A stretch of DNA of 61,381 nucleotides, filler included, from Candidatus Coatesbacteria bacterium (GTDB taxonomy: Bacteria; JAFGND01): NCBI GenBank assembly GCA_016927185.1. It is 3 parts of 3 records of this genome, joined end to end, with 100 filler letters (N's around TTAATTAATTAA, not from the genome) between each part and the next. Parts side by side here need not be neighbours in the genome. Positions count along the whole stretch, not along the records: positions 1 to 23,102 come from JAFGND010000061.1; positions 23,203 to 54,978 come from JAFGND010000062.1; 1 more part is not named here. One strand, written 5' to 3'. Under the pieces are notes generated by a model. It was not told the origin of the DNA and did no database searches. It was given only the letters and a program-made list of their open reading frames with translations. This document shows positions 19,858 through 30,347 of the stretch, piece after piece (the stretch's first letter is position 1; each line of letters begins with the position of its first letter). The position numbers and the translations under genes were made by a program.

Positions 19858-20955
19858 ATGAGAATTCCCTTACTTGATCTGCATTGCCAGAATGATCCTT
19901 TGAAAGAAAGAATAGATATCGTATTAGAAAAGCTTTTTGAACATCAGAAGTTCATATTGGGTCCTGAGGTTGGAGAACTGGAAAAAAAGATTGCTGAATA
20001 CTGTAATTCTGTTTATGCTATAGGTGTTGCATCTGGTTCTGACGCATTATTCTTGTCATTATTAGCTTGCGGTATAAGAGCAGGTGATGAAGTTATAACA
20101 ACTCCATTCACTTTTTTTGCAACTGCAGGAGCTATAGAAAGAGTTGGTGCAATTCCAGTATTTGTTGATATAGATCCCAGGACTTTTAATATAAATCATG
20201 ATGAAATTGAAAGATCTATTTCTGAATCTACAAAAGCCATAATCCCTGTTCATTTATTTGGCTTAATGTGTGACATGGATCCTATAATGATGGTAGCCCA
20301 AAAATACAATCTTTTTGTAATAGAAGATGCTGCACAATCTATAGGTTCTTTATATAAAGGAAAAAAGGCATGCTCAATAGGAGATCTTGGCTGTGTTTCT
20401 TTTTTTCCTAGTAAGAACCTAGGATGCTTTGGAGATGGAGGAATGGTTGTTGCTAATAACAAGGAACTTGCTGATAAAGTAAGAATTTTAAGAACTCATG
20501 GTGCAGTGGATAGGTATTTTCATAAAGAAGTCGGAATAAACAGCAGACTTGATACTCTACAAGCAGCAATTTTAGGAGTAAAATTGGATTTTCTGGAGAA
20601 ATGGCATGAGACAAGAATTGAAAATGCAAATTATTACAATGCAAGCATAAAAAATCCAATGATAACAACTCCCTTTCTGCCTGAAGGATACAGACATATC
20701 TATAACCAATATACCTTGAGAGTCAAGAATAGAGAAAAGCTGGTTAATATTCTTAACAAAGAAGGTATTGGTAATTGCATTTACTATCCTCTTTCTCTTC
20801 ATCTACAGCCATGTTTCCATGAATTAGAATATCAGGAAGGTGATTTTCCTATATCAGAGCAAGCTTCAAAAGAATGCCTCTCAATACCAGTTTTTCCGGG
20901 CTTAACAATAGAGCAAAAAAACTATATAATTGATATCTTGAATAACTTCAGTTAG
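19858..20955 (+). CDS. DegT/DnrJ/EryC1/StrS aminotransferase (WbpE-like)
   Basis: EDAAQS, SFFPSKNLG, NSRLD. Confidence 0.93.
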   Translation: MRIPLLDLHCQNDPLKERIDIVLEKLFEHQKFILGPEVGELEKKIAEYCNSVYAIGVASGSDALFLSLLACGIRAGDEVITTPFTFFATAGAIERVGAIPVFVDIDPRTFNINHDEIERSISESTKAIIPVHLFGLMCDMDPIMMVAQKYNLFVIEDAAQSIGSLYKGKKACSIGDLGCVSFFPSKNLGCFGDGGMVVANNKELADKVRILRTHGAVDRYFHKEVGINSRLDTLQAAILGVKLDFLEKWHETRIENANYYNASIKNPMITTPFLPEGYRHIYNQYTLRVKNREKLVNILNKEGIGNCIYYPLSLHLQPCFHELEYQEGDFPISEQASKECLSIPVFPGLTIEQKNYIIDILNNFS

Positions 20956-20958
20956 TCT

Positions 20959-22248
20959 ATGAAATTTCTTCTTGAAACCTATGGATGTCAGATGAATAGA
21001 GCAGATGCTGACAGGATTAGAACCGATTTAAGCAACTCAGGATTTACAGAGATTGAAAAAAATGAAATACCAGACATAATAATCTTGTTATCATGTTCAG
21101 TTAGACAACATGCTGTAGAAAGACTTCATGGTAGATTATGGTCTCTTGCCAATATAAAAAGAATAAAACCTGAGTTGAAATTTGTATTGGTTGGATGTCT
21201 TGCCCAGGAAAAAAAAAGTGATCTCTTTGACAAATATCCTTTCCTGAATCTCGTTATAGGAACAGACCAGATAAATCTTGTTGCAGATCTTATTATCAGG
21301 AATTATAACGGATTATATACAGTACAGCATAATGAGAATATTCCATTAAATAGTTTTAAACTTACAAGATCTGATCCCTTCAAGGCAGATATTCCAATAA
21401 TGAGAGGTTGTAACAATTTCTGTACTTATTGCATTGTTCCATATGTAAGAGGAAGAGAGAGATCAAGGTGTAAAGAAGAAATAATCAAGGAGATAGATAA
21501 TCTTCCTGAAACAACAAAAGAGATATTATTACTCGGTCAAAATGTTAACAGCTATATATTCGATAATTTAAGTTTTTCTGAATTGCTGGATTTGATATCT
21601 AAAAAATATAATAATTTAAGAATAAGGTTTTTGACTTCCCACCCTAAGGATCTGGATTTGAAGACAATAGAAGTTATGGCTTCAAATGATAATATATGCA
21701 AGCATATTCATTTGCCGATTCAAAGTGCTTCGGATAGAATCCTTGAATTAATGAACAGGAAGTACACTTTCAGTGAATTTGATAAAAAGGTTGAACAATT
21801 GAAGAAGTTTATACCTTCAATTTCATTATCAACAGATATAATAGCTGGCTTTCCATCAGAAACTGAAGAGGATTTTCTAAAAAGCTTAAACTCAATTTCT
21901 CATTTTGGTTTTTGTAGTGCATTTACTTATAAGTATTCTCCAAGAAATGGAACTAAAGCTTCTGAATTCATAAATCAGATACCAGAAGAAATCAGAAAGG
22001 AAAGATTAAAAAGGCTTATCCAGGAAGTAGAGAAGGAGGTTATTTTACAAACCCAAAAACAGATAGGTAAAAAAAGCAAGGTTTTGCTGGAAGGTAAATC
22101 TCATTATGGAAATACTTGTATGGGGAGAGATGAAGCTAACAGAGTAATTCATATCAAGAATGTTGAAAACCTTATTGGAGAAGTGATTGAAGTTAAAATT
22201 ACATCTTCTTCTGGATGGAATTTATATGGAGATTTGATACCTGAATAA
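20959..22248 (+). CDS. miaB: tRNA methylthiotransferase MiaB
   Basis: TYGCQMN, CSVR, GCNNFCTYC, SHPKD, C-terminal TRAM domain. Confidence 0.92.
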   Translation: MKFLLETYGCQMNRADADRIRTDLSNSGFTEIEKNEIPDIIILLSCSVRQHAVERLHGRLWSLANIKRIKPELKFVLVGCLAQEKKSDLFDKYPFLNLVIGTDQINLVADLIIRNYNGLYTVQHNENIPLNSFKLTRSDPFKADIPIMRGCNNFCTYCIVPYVRGRERSRCKEEIIKEIDNLPETTKEILLLGQNVNSYIFDNLSFSELLDLISKKYNNLRIRFLTSHPKDLDLKTIEVMASNDNICKHIHLPIQSASDRILELMNRKYTFSEFDKKVEQLKKFIPSISLSTDIIAGFPSETEEDFLKSLNSISHFGFCSAFTYKYSPRNGTKASEFINQIPEEIRKERLKRLIQEVEKEVILQTQKQIGKKSKVLLEGKSHYGNTCMGRDEANRVIHIKNVENLIGEVIEVKITSSSGWNLYGDLIPE

Positions 22249-23102
22249 TGGAAAAGATATTCACTTTTGGAGATTATTGCAAAAACAAGTTTGGAAGAAG
22301 AATCCCGAAAATTGTTTTTGATATTTCCTCCGATAGTAATAAGAGCTGCAAACATAGAGAATTGACTGGAGGATGCAGTTACTGTCTTCCAGAAAGCTTT
22401 GAAGTGGAAAGTTACAAAGGTACATTAAAAGAGCAAAAAAATCATGCATTAAAAAACAGAGATTTAAAAGATATTCGCTTTTGGTCATACCTTCAGCATG
22501 GAACTCCAACAGCAATAGATGAAAAAATCCTGTTTTCATCATGCAAGGAGCTTTTAGAAGATGATCAGAGTGTTGGACTTATTATTGCCAGCAGACCTGA
22601 TACTTTAAAAAGCAGCTTTCTAGAATTCCTTAAGGATTTAGGCAGCCAGAAGGAAATATGGATTGAAGTTGGATTACAGTCAAGCCATGACGAAACTCTC
22701 AAGAAAATAAACAGAGGTTATAACTTTGCATGTTTTGTTGAATGTATGGAAAAAATAGCATCTTACAGGAAATTCAGAACTGGAGTTCATCTTATTATAG
22801 GATTACCTGATGAAACTGTGGAACTAATACTTGAAACAGTGAACAAGATTAATTATCTCCCAGTGGATGGAGTTAAATTTCATCAGCTTCAAATAGTCAA
22901 AGGGACTAATCTTGCTGGGGAATACAATAAGAATCCATGGAGACTTATGGATTGGATGGAATATGCAGATATCATAATTAAATCCATAAGACTATTGAAG
23001 GAGACAAAAATAATTTTAAGAATGGTTGCCAGAACTAAAAAAGATTTCTTGATTGCTCCCCAATGGGATATGAATAACCAAGATATTATTAAATATATAA
23101 GA
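22248..23102 (+). CDS. TIGR01212/YhcC-like radical SAM protein, truncated by contig end
   Basis: C-x7-GGCSYC-type spacing (SCKHRELTGGCSYC), SRPD, EVGLQS, HLIIGLP, GVKFHQL. Confidence 0.82.
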
Positions 23103-23202
23103 NNNNNNNNNNNNNNNNNNNNNNNNNNNNNNNNNNNNNNNNNNNNTTAATTAATTAANNNNNNNNNNNNNNNNNNNNNNNNNNNNNNNNNNNNNNNNNN
23201 NN
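23103..23202. other. Artificial contig spacer (N-run with TTAATTAATTAA)
   Basis: 100-nt N block with a six-frame stop linker. Confidence 0.98.
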
Positions 23203-24824
23203 ATTACCTCAAGGGATATATCTATCTGGAATCAAGATATCTTGCATCCAGACAGGTATTGAAAAAAGCTTCCCTGCAAACTGAAGGGCAGAAGAAAATC
23301 ATGACAGAATATCTGGATCAGACCATAGAATATACACCTGGTTTATCGATATTAATATATGATTTCAATGGTAGTATAATATATAATGGTCTCTCTTCAT
23401 CCATAAGAGAAGTGAACACAGAGATTGATCTTTATTCAGAACCTACAATTGACTTTAATAGAAGCTTGATTTATTATACAAGAGTATATGAAGAATTCGT
23501 AATGACATTATATCTGGAATCTCCTCTGGTATCTGAAGCGGCTTATGTTTCAAAGGTACTGACTTTTCTCTGGATAATAGCAATCATAAGCTCATTAGGC
23601 TTTCTCCTGATTGCCTATGAATACGCTATAAAACCATACAGGAAACTCAAGGAAGTAGCTAATACTGCTCCCTTCATAACGTCAGCAAAGGAACATGAAA
23701 GCGATATAGAAAGGATAACCTTCTCATTTGAAGAGACCATAAAGGCATTAAGAGACAAGCAGAAGGAACTAGAATTGCTGTATAAGGCAGCAAACGAAAA
23801 GGCAGCAGCATATGAAGCATATAATGAGAATATACTGAAAAGTATTCATTCGGCTCTCATCGTAACTGATATTGATAGCAGAATAGTTCTCTGTAACTCT
23901 AGTTTCAGCAGGAATTTTCTGGATAACAAGGAGATTTTATCTGCAGCAAGAATTGATGAAACATCTATTGATGATTTTTTCAAGGAAATCCTAAATAGCG
24001 CTAGAATGGGTAATCACATTGAAGATGTTGAATTTTTCAAGAAAGATAAGATATATTCAGTATCCGTTTCTATTGTAACTGACCAGAAAGATATATTGCA
24101 GGGATATTCTATTCTGGCAGTTGATGTGACAAAAATCAGGGAGCTTGAAAGGGAAATTGCTGAAAAGCGTAATCTTGCAGAACTTGGAACACTGTCAGCA
24201 GGATTAGCTCATGAAATAAGGAATTCTCTTGGAACAATACTTGGTTACTCAAAATTGCTTCAGAAAGAAAAAATTTCTGAAGAAGCATTCAAATATCTTG
24301 AAAGCATACTCAACGAAATCAAGTCTTCTGAAAACCTGGTAAGAAGTCTAATGGATTTTGCCAAGAAACCTCAGCTAGAACTTATCAAGGTTAAATTGTC
24401 AGATTTGCTTAACTCAGCATTGCAGAAATTATTTCTCCAGTTTGGTGAAAGAAAAGTCTTCTGGTTGCCAGATGAAAACAGTTTTGAAGTAGAAATAGAA
24501 ACAGATATTCCTCTTTTTGAGTCTGCTTTATACAATATTTTAAAAAATGCTTTCGAGGCATCCATGGATAACAAACCCATACATCTAAGTATAACAAGAA
24601 ATATTGATTCTGTAATCCTTTTCATAAAAGATGAAGGAAAGGGAATAGCGGAAGATAAACAGGAAGATGTATTCATGGCCTTTTATACATCCAAAGAAAA
24701 AGGATTGGGTCTTGGTCTTGCTTTAGTAAGAAAGAATCTCAGTCTTTTAAATTCATCTATAAGCATAGCAGATACTTCCGAAAAGGGAACTACATTCAAG
24801 ATAGTTATCAATTCAGTTTGCTGA
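23203..24824 (+). CDS. Membrane sensor histidine kinase with PAS domain (NtrB/AtoS-like), 5'-truncated
   Basis: Frame open back to the gap; TM; LAHEIRNSL H-box, NILKNA, DEGKGI, GLGLGL. Confidence 0.9.
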
Positions 24825-24944
24825 GTAATCCAGTAATAATATCCATGAAAGTCATGTTTGACAATGTTTTATAGAATATTATTGAAATACCTTGACATCA
24901 TATATTATGTTTACTATCAAGGAGCTAAATTTAAAGGAGGTAAT

Positions 24945-26774
24945 ATGAAGACTTTCTGGGTTGTTCTGCTGATTATGCTAAGCATAGCTTTTCTTTATAC
25001 TGCTCCTGGTGATCTGAGATGGAGATATCAGTCCAGGTATACTTACAATTATTCATCACCATATTTTCTTGATGGTGTTGTATATTTTGCTTCAAGAGAC
25101 AGCAGCATATATTCTATCAATTCTATTGACGGTTCTCTGAGATGGAATTACAAGACAGGTGCAACTATTTACTCATCACCTGTCTGTGCTGATAATACTG
25201 TTTATTGCGGAAGTTATGATTACTATCTTTATGCATTGAATGCGGCTGATGGAAACCTGAGATGGAGATATAGAACTGGAGCAGGAATTTATTATTCAAC
25301 TCCATTTGTAAGCAACGGAGTTGTATATACAGGTAGTGATGACAATTACATTTATGCAATAAATGCATCAGCTGGTTCACTTGTATGGAGATATTATACT
25401 TCAGGTGATACTGATAGCTCACCATTTGTTAATGGAACAACAGTTTATTGTGGCAGTTATGATACTTATCTTTATGCACTTAATACATCAGACGGTTCCC
25501 TGAGATGGAGATACAAGACTAGTGGAGCTGTTCGTTCTTCTCCGTGTGCAGCAGATGGGACCGTATTTGTCGGTAGTAATGATTATTATGTTTATGCAGT
25601 AAATGAATCAGATGGATCCCTGAAGTGGAGTTACAGGACAGGAAATTATGTTTATTCATCACCATGTTTTGTCAATAATACAGTTTACATTGGAAGTAAT
25701 GATGATTATATTTATGCACTAAATGCTACTGATGGAAGCCTTAGATGGCGTTATCTGACAGGTGGTGATATCAACTCCTCACCTGATGTTTATGATGGAT
25801 TGGTATCAGTGGGATGCTATGACAGGTATGTCTATACACTTAATGAATCCGATGGTTCATTAGCATGGAGAGCTCAGCTTGGAGCATATATTTACTGGTC
25901 AGCACCCTGCATAAGAGATGGTGGATTATATATAGAGGATAATGACAGATATTTTTATGCACTTTATGCAGGAGTTCTTTCACTCACATCCCCGAATGGT
26001 GGAGAGGACTGGCTGGTTGGAACCAATCATGACATTACATGGACACCAGCAAAAGGGAATGTTGATATTGTTAACATAGATTACTCAACAAATAGTGGAT
26101 CAACATGGATTCAGATTTCCAATGCCTCTAACTCAGCAGGAACTTATTCATGGACAATTCCGAATACTCCTTCTGACAATTGCCTGGCAAGAGTTACAAG
26201 CAGGTGGGGAACACTGACTGATGCAAGTGATGCAGTATTCAAGATAAATCCAGGTTCTGTACAGGTAATTTCCCCTAATGGTGGAGAATCATGGGAAGTA
26301 GGAACCGTTCATAATATCTTGTGGAGTGCCACAACAAATGTTGATACAGTAAAAATTGATTATTCAACAGATAACGGATCAAACTGGATTTCAGTTACAA
26401 GAGCAGAGAACAATGGAACTTATTCATGGACAATTCCTGATACTCCTTCACCTGACTGTCTTGTAAGGGTAACTAGCAGGGATGACAGATTAACCGATTC
26501 AAGTGACAATACATTCGAGATTTACAGACCAGCAGGTTACAAAGTCAAAAAGACTTCAATTGCTCTTCCAATTAAATTCAGCGTCTCACCAGTTCCATTC
26601 AAGGACAGACTGAATATAAGCAGTCCTACAAACTGCTGTATTTATGATGTTTCAGGAAGGCTGATAAAGACTCTTGCAAGAGGCAAGCATATTGTTGATA
26701 CAAATAAATGGTCAGCAGGTGTCTATTTCATAAAGAATGAAAAGGAAATAAAGAAGACAATCAAGATAGATTGA
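24945..26774 (+). CDS. Secreted PQQ-like beta-propeller protein with two Ig-like repeats and a C-terminal sorting domain
   Basis: Signal peptide; repeated DGSLRWRY-x-TG...SSP blades; two SPNGGE...YSWTIP repeats; IYDVSGRLIK tail; AGGAGG SD. Confidence 0.88.
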   Translation: MKTFWVVLLIMLSIAFLYTAPGDLRWRYQSRYTYNYSSPYFLDGVVYFASRDSSIYSINSIDGSLRWNYKTGATIYSSPVCADNTVYCGSYDYYLYALNAADGNLRWRYRTGAGIYYSTPFVSNGVVYTGSDDNYIYAINASAGSLVWRYYTSGDTDSSPFVNGTTVYCGSYDTYLYALNTSDGSLRWRYKTSGAVRSSPCAADGTVFVGSNDYYVYAVNESDGSLKWSYRTGNYVYSSPCFVNNTVYIGSNDDYIYALNATDGSLRWRYLTGGDINSSPDVYDGLVSVGCYDRYVYTLNESDGSLAWRAQLGAYIYWSAPCIRDGGLYIEDNDRYFYALYAGVLSLTSPNGGEDWLVGTNHDITWTPAKGNVDIVNIDYSTNSGSTWIQISNASNSAGTYSWTIPNTPSDNCLARVTSRWGTLTDASDAVFKINPGSVQVISPNGGESWEVGTVHNILWSATTNVDTVKIDYSTDNGSNWISVTRAENNGTYSWTIPDTPSPDCLVRVTSRDDRLTDSSDNTFEIYRPAGYKVKKTSIALPIKFSVSPVPFKDRLNISSPTNCCIYDVSGRLIKTLARGKHIVDTNKWSAGVYFIKNEKEIKKTIKID

Positions 26775-26798
26775 AATAATTCTTCTCCCTTTTGAATT

Positions 26799-26826
26799 AA
26801 AAACCCGTTGAAATATACGGGTTTTT
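26799..26826. terminator. Bidirectional intrinsic terminator
   Basis: AAAAACCCGT-N8-ACGGGTTTTT between convergent genes. Confidence 0.85.
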
Positions 26827-28333
26827 ATTTGATTACAGGAATTTTTCCTGAGATGTTCTTGCAACTTATGGTACTTATTAACCTGTAAAGAATAATCCCA
26901 TTCGGGAGATTTCCAATATAGAGCTTTCCATCAGTTTGATTTATTCTGAAAGAAGAAATCTTTCTTCCTGACAGGTTATAAAGCAACAGCTTGTCATTCA
27001 TGGAAAGATTCCTGTAATGCAAATAACCATTGCTGAAGTAAATCTTCTGCTTAAGATGAGATGGAACTGAGCTTAATGCATAATTGAAACCATTACTGAC
27101 ATATTCATAGCAGCCTATGTCATAATATTGTCCCTGTGGTCTTTTTACTCCATCAAGATCGTTTTTAACTATATAGGAAACTGCATCAGTACCCTTCTCT
27201 ACAGGTTGGGAATTCTCCCTGTAATGAAAATTCCTGTTCTGCCAGTCCATGAATATATTATTCATGTTTTCAGCTATATAAGAATGCCTGTCATATCCAT
27301 AAGATTGCCACCTTGAAAGATCAATTACATTATCACCATCATATGACATCCTGTCTACAACTAAATTGTAATCACTGAAAAAGCCGCTTCTTGAAGATTC
27401 ATCTATTGTAATGCTGCCCCTGTAACTATGAAGATTTATTAAAATATTGTTGTAAACCGTATCATTAGTGGAAGAAGTATTGATATTTATGCACCATCTG
27501 CCATTATCCGGTTGTATTATTGTATTATTGAAAATCTTTACATGATGCGAACCCTGAGAAGCATCTATTTGATATAAACTGATACCACTTGCATGATTCA
27601 TGTAAAGCAGATTGTTGAATATATGGGAATTTATGACACCATCACAATTGATTCCTGAACCTCCACCATTACCATTTTCATATATGATGTTTCCTTCCAC
27701 GATTGCATCTGAAATTACACCATCCCCTCCCTGACTGACATCCCCATTCATATGTATGCCACAACCATTGTTATGATGAGATATGTTACACCTTATTATT
27801 GGGTGATCCGCACTGTTAGAGAAATAAATCCCATGCTCATCCTGGCTGTTAAGGCATTCGTTATATTCTATCAGAGCATAGTCAGCAAATCCCGTGAAAA
27901 TGCCTCTTTCATAATTGTTATCACAGTAATTGCTTCTGATTGTGACATGTGATGAAACTGCTACCCTGATTCCATTCCTTGGCATACCTATTACCTTGAA
28001 ATTCTCTATTATTACCCAGCTGGAATTCTCAACATTTATTCCATCTGGAGTAACAGGATTTCTTGTTGTTATTCTTGCATTATCGGAAAATCCCCTGAAC
28101 ACAATAGGTCTTTGCTCAGTACCATTTTTCTCAAGATAAAAACCTGCGTAATCACCATTGAGAGTGAGTACGCTGTCAGATGCAACTACAATATCCGCCG
28201 CATGCTGCAATGTCCTGAATGCCTCATCCCGGGATCTTCCATTATTATCGTCGTCGCCATTCGTTGATACATAATAGGTTACGGAAAACAGATTGACGAA
28301 TGAAAACATGATATAAAGCAATGAGAGTTTCAT
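26825..28333 (-). CDS. Secreted right-handed beta-helix protein with C-terminal sorting domain
   Basis: Signal peptide, YYVSTNGDD, parallel beta-helix repeats, DLDG...DIGCYEY, LYNLSGRKI tail; AGGAGG SD. Confidence 0.85.
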   Translation of the reverse strand: MKLSLLYIMFSFVNLFSVTYYVSTNGDDDNNGRSRDEAFRTLQHAADIVVASDSVLTLNGDYAGFYLEKNGTEQRPIVFRGFSDNARITTRNPVTPDGINVENSSWVIIENFKVIGMPRNGIRVAVSSHVTIRSNYCDNNYERGIFTGFADYALIEYNECLNSQDEHGIYFSNSADHPIIRCNISHHNNGCGIHMNGDVSQGGDGVISDAIVEGNIIYENGNGGGSGINCDGVINSHIFNNLLYMNHASGISLYQIDASQGSHHVKIFNNTIIQPDNGRWCININTSSTNDTVYNNILINLHSYRGSITIDESSRSGFFSDYNLVVDRMSYDGDNVIDLSRWQSYGYDRHSYIAENMNNIFMDWQNRNFHYRENSQPVEKGTDAVSYIVKNDLDGVKRPQGQYYDIGCYEYVSNGFNYALSSVPSHLKQKIYFSNGYLHYRNLSMNDKLLLYNLSGRKISSFRINQTDGKLYIGNLPNGIILYRLISTISCKNISGKIPVIK

Positions 28334-28435
28334 CATTATTACCTCCTGAGTAGAATTTGTAAGCACACAGGAACATCTGTTTTGTCAAGTTAAATGATTT
28401 TCCAGTGAAAAAGGCTTATTGAAAACTTTACTCTA

Positions 28436-28500
28436 TACCCCAAATGAGGCATGGTAAGAATGTAAAATACCTCAATAGAGGCATTGTCCCATATGGGGTA
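28436..28500. promoter_or_regulatory. Three 16-bp imperfect palindromes, candidate enhancer-binding-protein sites
   Basis: TACCCCAAATGAGGCA (28436), TACCTCAATAGAGGCA (28468), TGTCCCATATGGGGTA (28485; reverse complement TACCCCATATGGGACA). Confidence 0.7.
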
Positions 28501-28549
28501 TTTATATGCATTGTCAATCCAGTTCTTGCTTATAATGAGCTTTTAAGAA

Positions 28550-28565
28550 TGGCATATTTATTGCT
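28550..28565 (+). promoter_or_regulatory. Sigma54 (-24/-12) promoter
   Basis: TGGCATATTTATTGCT with exact GG-N10-GC spacing, 50-115 bp downstream of the palindromic boxes. Confidence 0.72.
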
Positions 28566-28629
28566 AAGATATTAATAAAAAACCACTTTCAGAATAAAGG
28601 GGGGAAAATATGTAGAACAAAAGGGAATG

Positions 28630-28659
28630 TTTTTTCTTGACTATTTTATCAAGAAAAAA
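28630..28659. promoter_or_regulatory. 11-bp inverted repeat overlapping a TTGACT -35 element
   Basis: TTTTTTCTTGA-N8-TCAAGAAAAAA. Confidence 0.5.
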
Positions 28660-28694
28660 TGATTGACAGTTGTTATAGAAACAAGGAGGTTAAT

Positions 28695-29177
28695 ATGGGT
28701 TTCACAGACAAACTAAGAGATATAGTAAATAAAATTACTGATTTTATACCTGGATACAAAGGATATAAGGATAAGGAAGAGTTAAGAGATACTGACAAGC
28801 AATTGAGAGATTTCATTGGTGTTCAATTCTCAATAGTAAAAACCAGTTTTGATAAATGGACAAAAGATGCTGCAAATGCAGGTGATTTGGGAATATTGAA
28901 AAATCTGGGGAATACAGCTAAAATATTAGAGAAGATAACTGATGGAATACGTTATGCACCAAGAGGTTATGCAGGTCTTTTTGATAAAAATGCAGTCGAA
29001 GAGGAAGAACTGGAAAAGCTTCACCAATATGATCTTAGCATATTGGAGCAAGTCATGCAACTAAAAGCACTGTTTGATCAGGATTTTTCAAAGGAAAACC
29101 TGGCAAACGCAGACAAGATTATGAGTGAAATTGACAAAAAACTGGCTCTCAGATCCAGTATTCTTAAACCACTATAA
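28695..29177 (+). CDS. Helical hypothetical protein
   Basis: AAGGAGG SD; IPGYKGYKDKEELR and YAPRGYAGLFD segments; first gene of the SPFH operon. Confidence 0.8.
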   Translation: MGFTDKLRDIVNKITDFIPGYKGYKDKEELRDTDKQLRDFIGVQFSIVKTSFDKWTKDAANAGDLGILKNLGNTAKILEKITDGIRYAPRGYAGLFDKNAVEEEELEKLHQYDLSILEQVMQLKALFDQDFSKENLANADKIMSEIDKKLALRSSILKPL

Positions 29178-29188
29178 GGAGGAGAAAA

Positions 29189-30307
29189 ATGAATCCCTTG
29201 AACTTGATGGAAATCATTGAATATCATGATCCTACTGGAGACGAAATTGTACACAAGATTCCGGAATATGGTTCTGCTGAAACCAAGATAGGCTCACAGC
29301 TTATTGTTCTGGAAAGCCAATCCGCTGTCTTCTTCAGGGATGGAAAAGCACTTGATACTTTCGGAGCAGGCAGACATACACTTACAACAACAAATCTCCC
29401 ACTCATTGCAGGCTTGATTGGAAAAGCATTTGATGGAAGAAGTCCTTTCAGGACAGAAGTCTTCTTTGTCAATCAGAAGGTTTTCACTGATCTCAAATGG
29501 GGCACCAAGGAGCCTATTCTCTACAGAGATGCTGAATTCAAGATGATAAGACTGCGTGCATTTGGAAGTTTCTCTATAAGAGTTATTGATCCATTCTTGT
29601 TCATAAACAAGATGGTCGGAACAATGAGCTCTTTTACAAAAGAAGACATAGAAAGCTTTTTGAAGGGAATAATTCTTGCCAGACTGACTGATTTTCTTGG
29701 AGAGAACCTGAAATCCATACTTGATCTAGGGCAGTATTTCGATGAGATCGGAGTCGGAGTTAAATCACGTGTTATAGACGATTTCGGAAAATATGGACTT
29801 GAAGCTCCTGATTTCCTGATCCAGAGCATTTCAGTTCCAGAAGAAGTCCAGAAAATGATAGATGCAAGATCAAGCATGAGTGCATTAGGCAATATGAATG
29901 AATTCATGCAGTTCCAGGCAGCCAAATCAATGGAGGAAGCAGCAAAAAATCAATCAGGCGGTGCTGGAATGGGTATGGGAATGGGTGCTGGAATAGGAAT
30001 GGGCATGATATTGCCAGGAATGGTGCAACAAGCAAACCAGCAGCAGCAGCAATCACAGACTCCAAAAGTAATGGTGAAATGCGTAAACGGTCATGATTGT
30101 CCAGAAGGAACAAAGTTCTGTCCTGAATGTGGAGGGAAAGTTATTACTCCAGGCAAGGCTAATTGTATTAGCTGCAATGCAGAGATTAAAGAGGGAGCCA
30201 AATTCTGCCCTGAATGCGGTGCAAAGCAGACTATGAATTGTCCTTCATGCAATGCAGAAATAAAACCGGGAGTTAAGTTCTGCCCTGAATGCGGAGCTAA
30301 ATTATAG
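29189..30307 (+). CDS. SPFH-domain (YdjI-like) protein with C-terminal zinc ribbons
   Basis: GSQLIVLESQSAVFFRDGK, KWGT, GMGMGMG linker, three KFCPECG repeats. Confidence 0.9.
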   Translation: MNPLNLMEIIEYHDPTGDEIVHKIPEYGSAETKIGSQLIVLESQSAVFFRDGKALDTFGAGRHTLTTTNLPLIAGLIGKAFDGRSPFRTEVFFVNQKVFTDLKWGTKEPILYRDAEFKMIRLRAFGSFSIRVIDPFLFINKMVGTMSSFTKEDIESFLKGIILARLTDFLGENLKSILDLGQYFDEIGVGVKSRVIDDFGKYGLEAPDFLIQSISVPEEVQKMIDARSSMSALGNMNEFMQFQAAKSMEEAAKNQSGGAGMGMGMGAGIGMGMILPGMVQQANQQQQQSQTPKVMVKCVNGHDCPEGTKFCPECGGKVITPGKANCISCNAEIKEGAKFCPECGAKQTMNCPSCNAEIKPGVKFCPECGAKL

Positions 30308-30347
30308 CATAAAAAGCTTGGTTATAACCTGTTTTTAAGAGGAGATA

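Noticed and set aside
23103-23202. TTAATTAATTAA palindrome within N-runs (also 54979-55078)
   Set aside because: Artificial six-frame-stop contig linker; the flanking truncated genes are not pseudogenes and are not true neighbours
25010-25970. Periodic ~120-bp repeats (ctgagatggagata..., tttatgca) resembling an array
   Set aside because: In-frame beta-propeller blade repeats of a coding gene, not CRISPR; no cas genes
29940-30300. GGAATG, CAG and TTCTGCCCTGAATG repeats
   Set aside because: Encode the GMGMG linker, poly-Q and zinc ribbons of the SPFH protein
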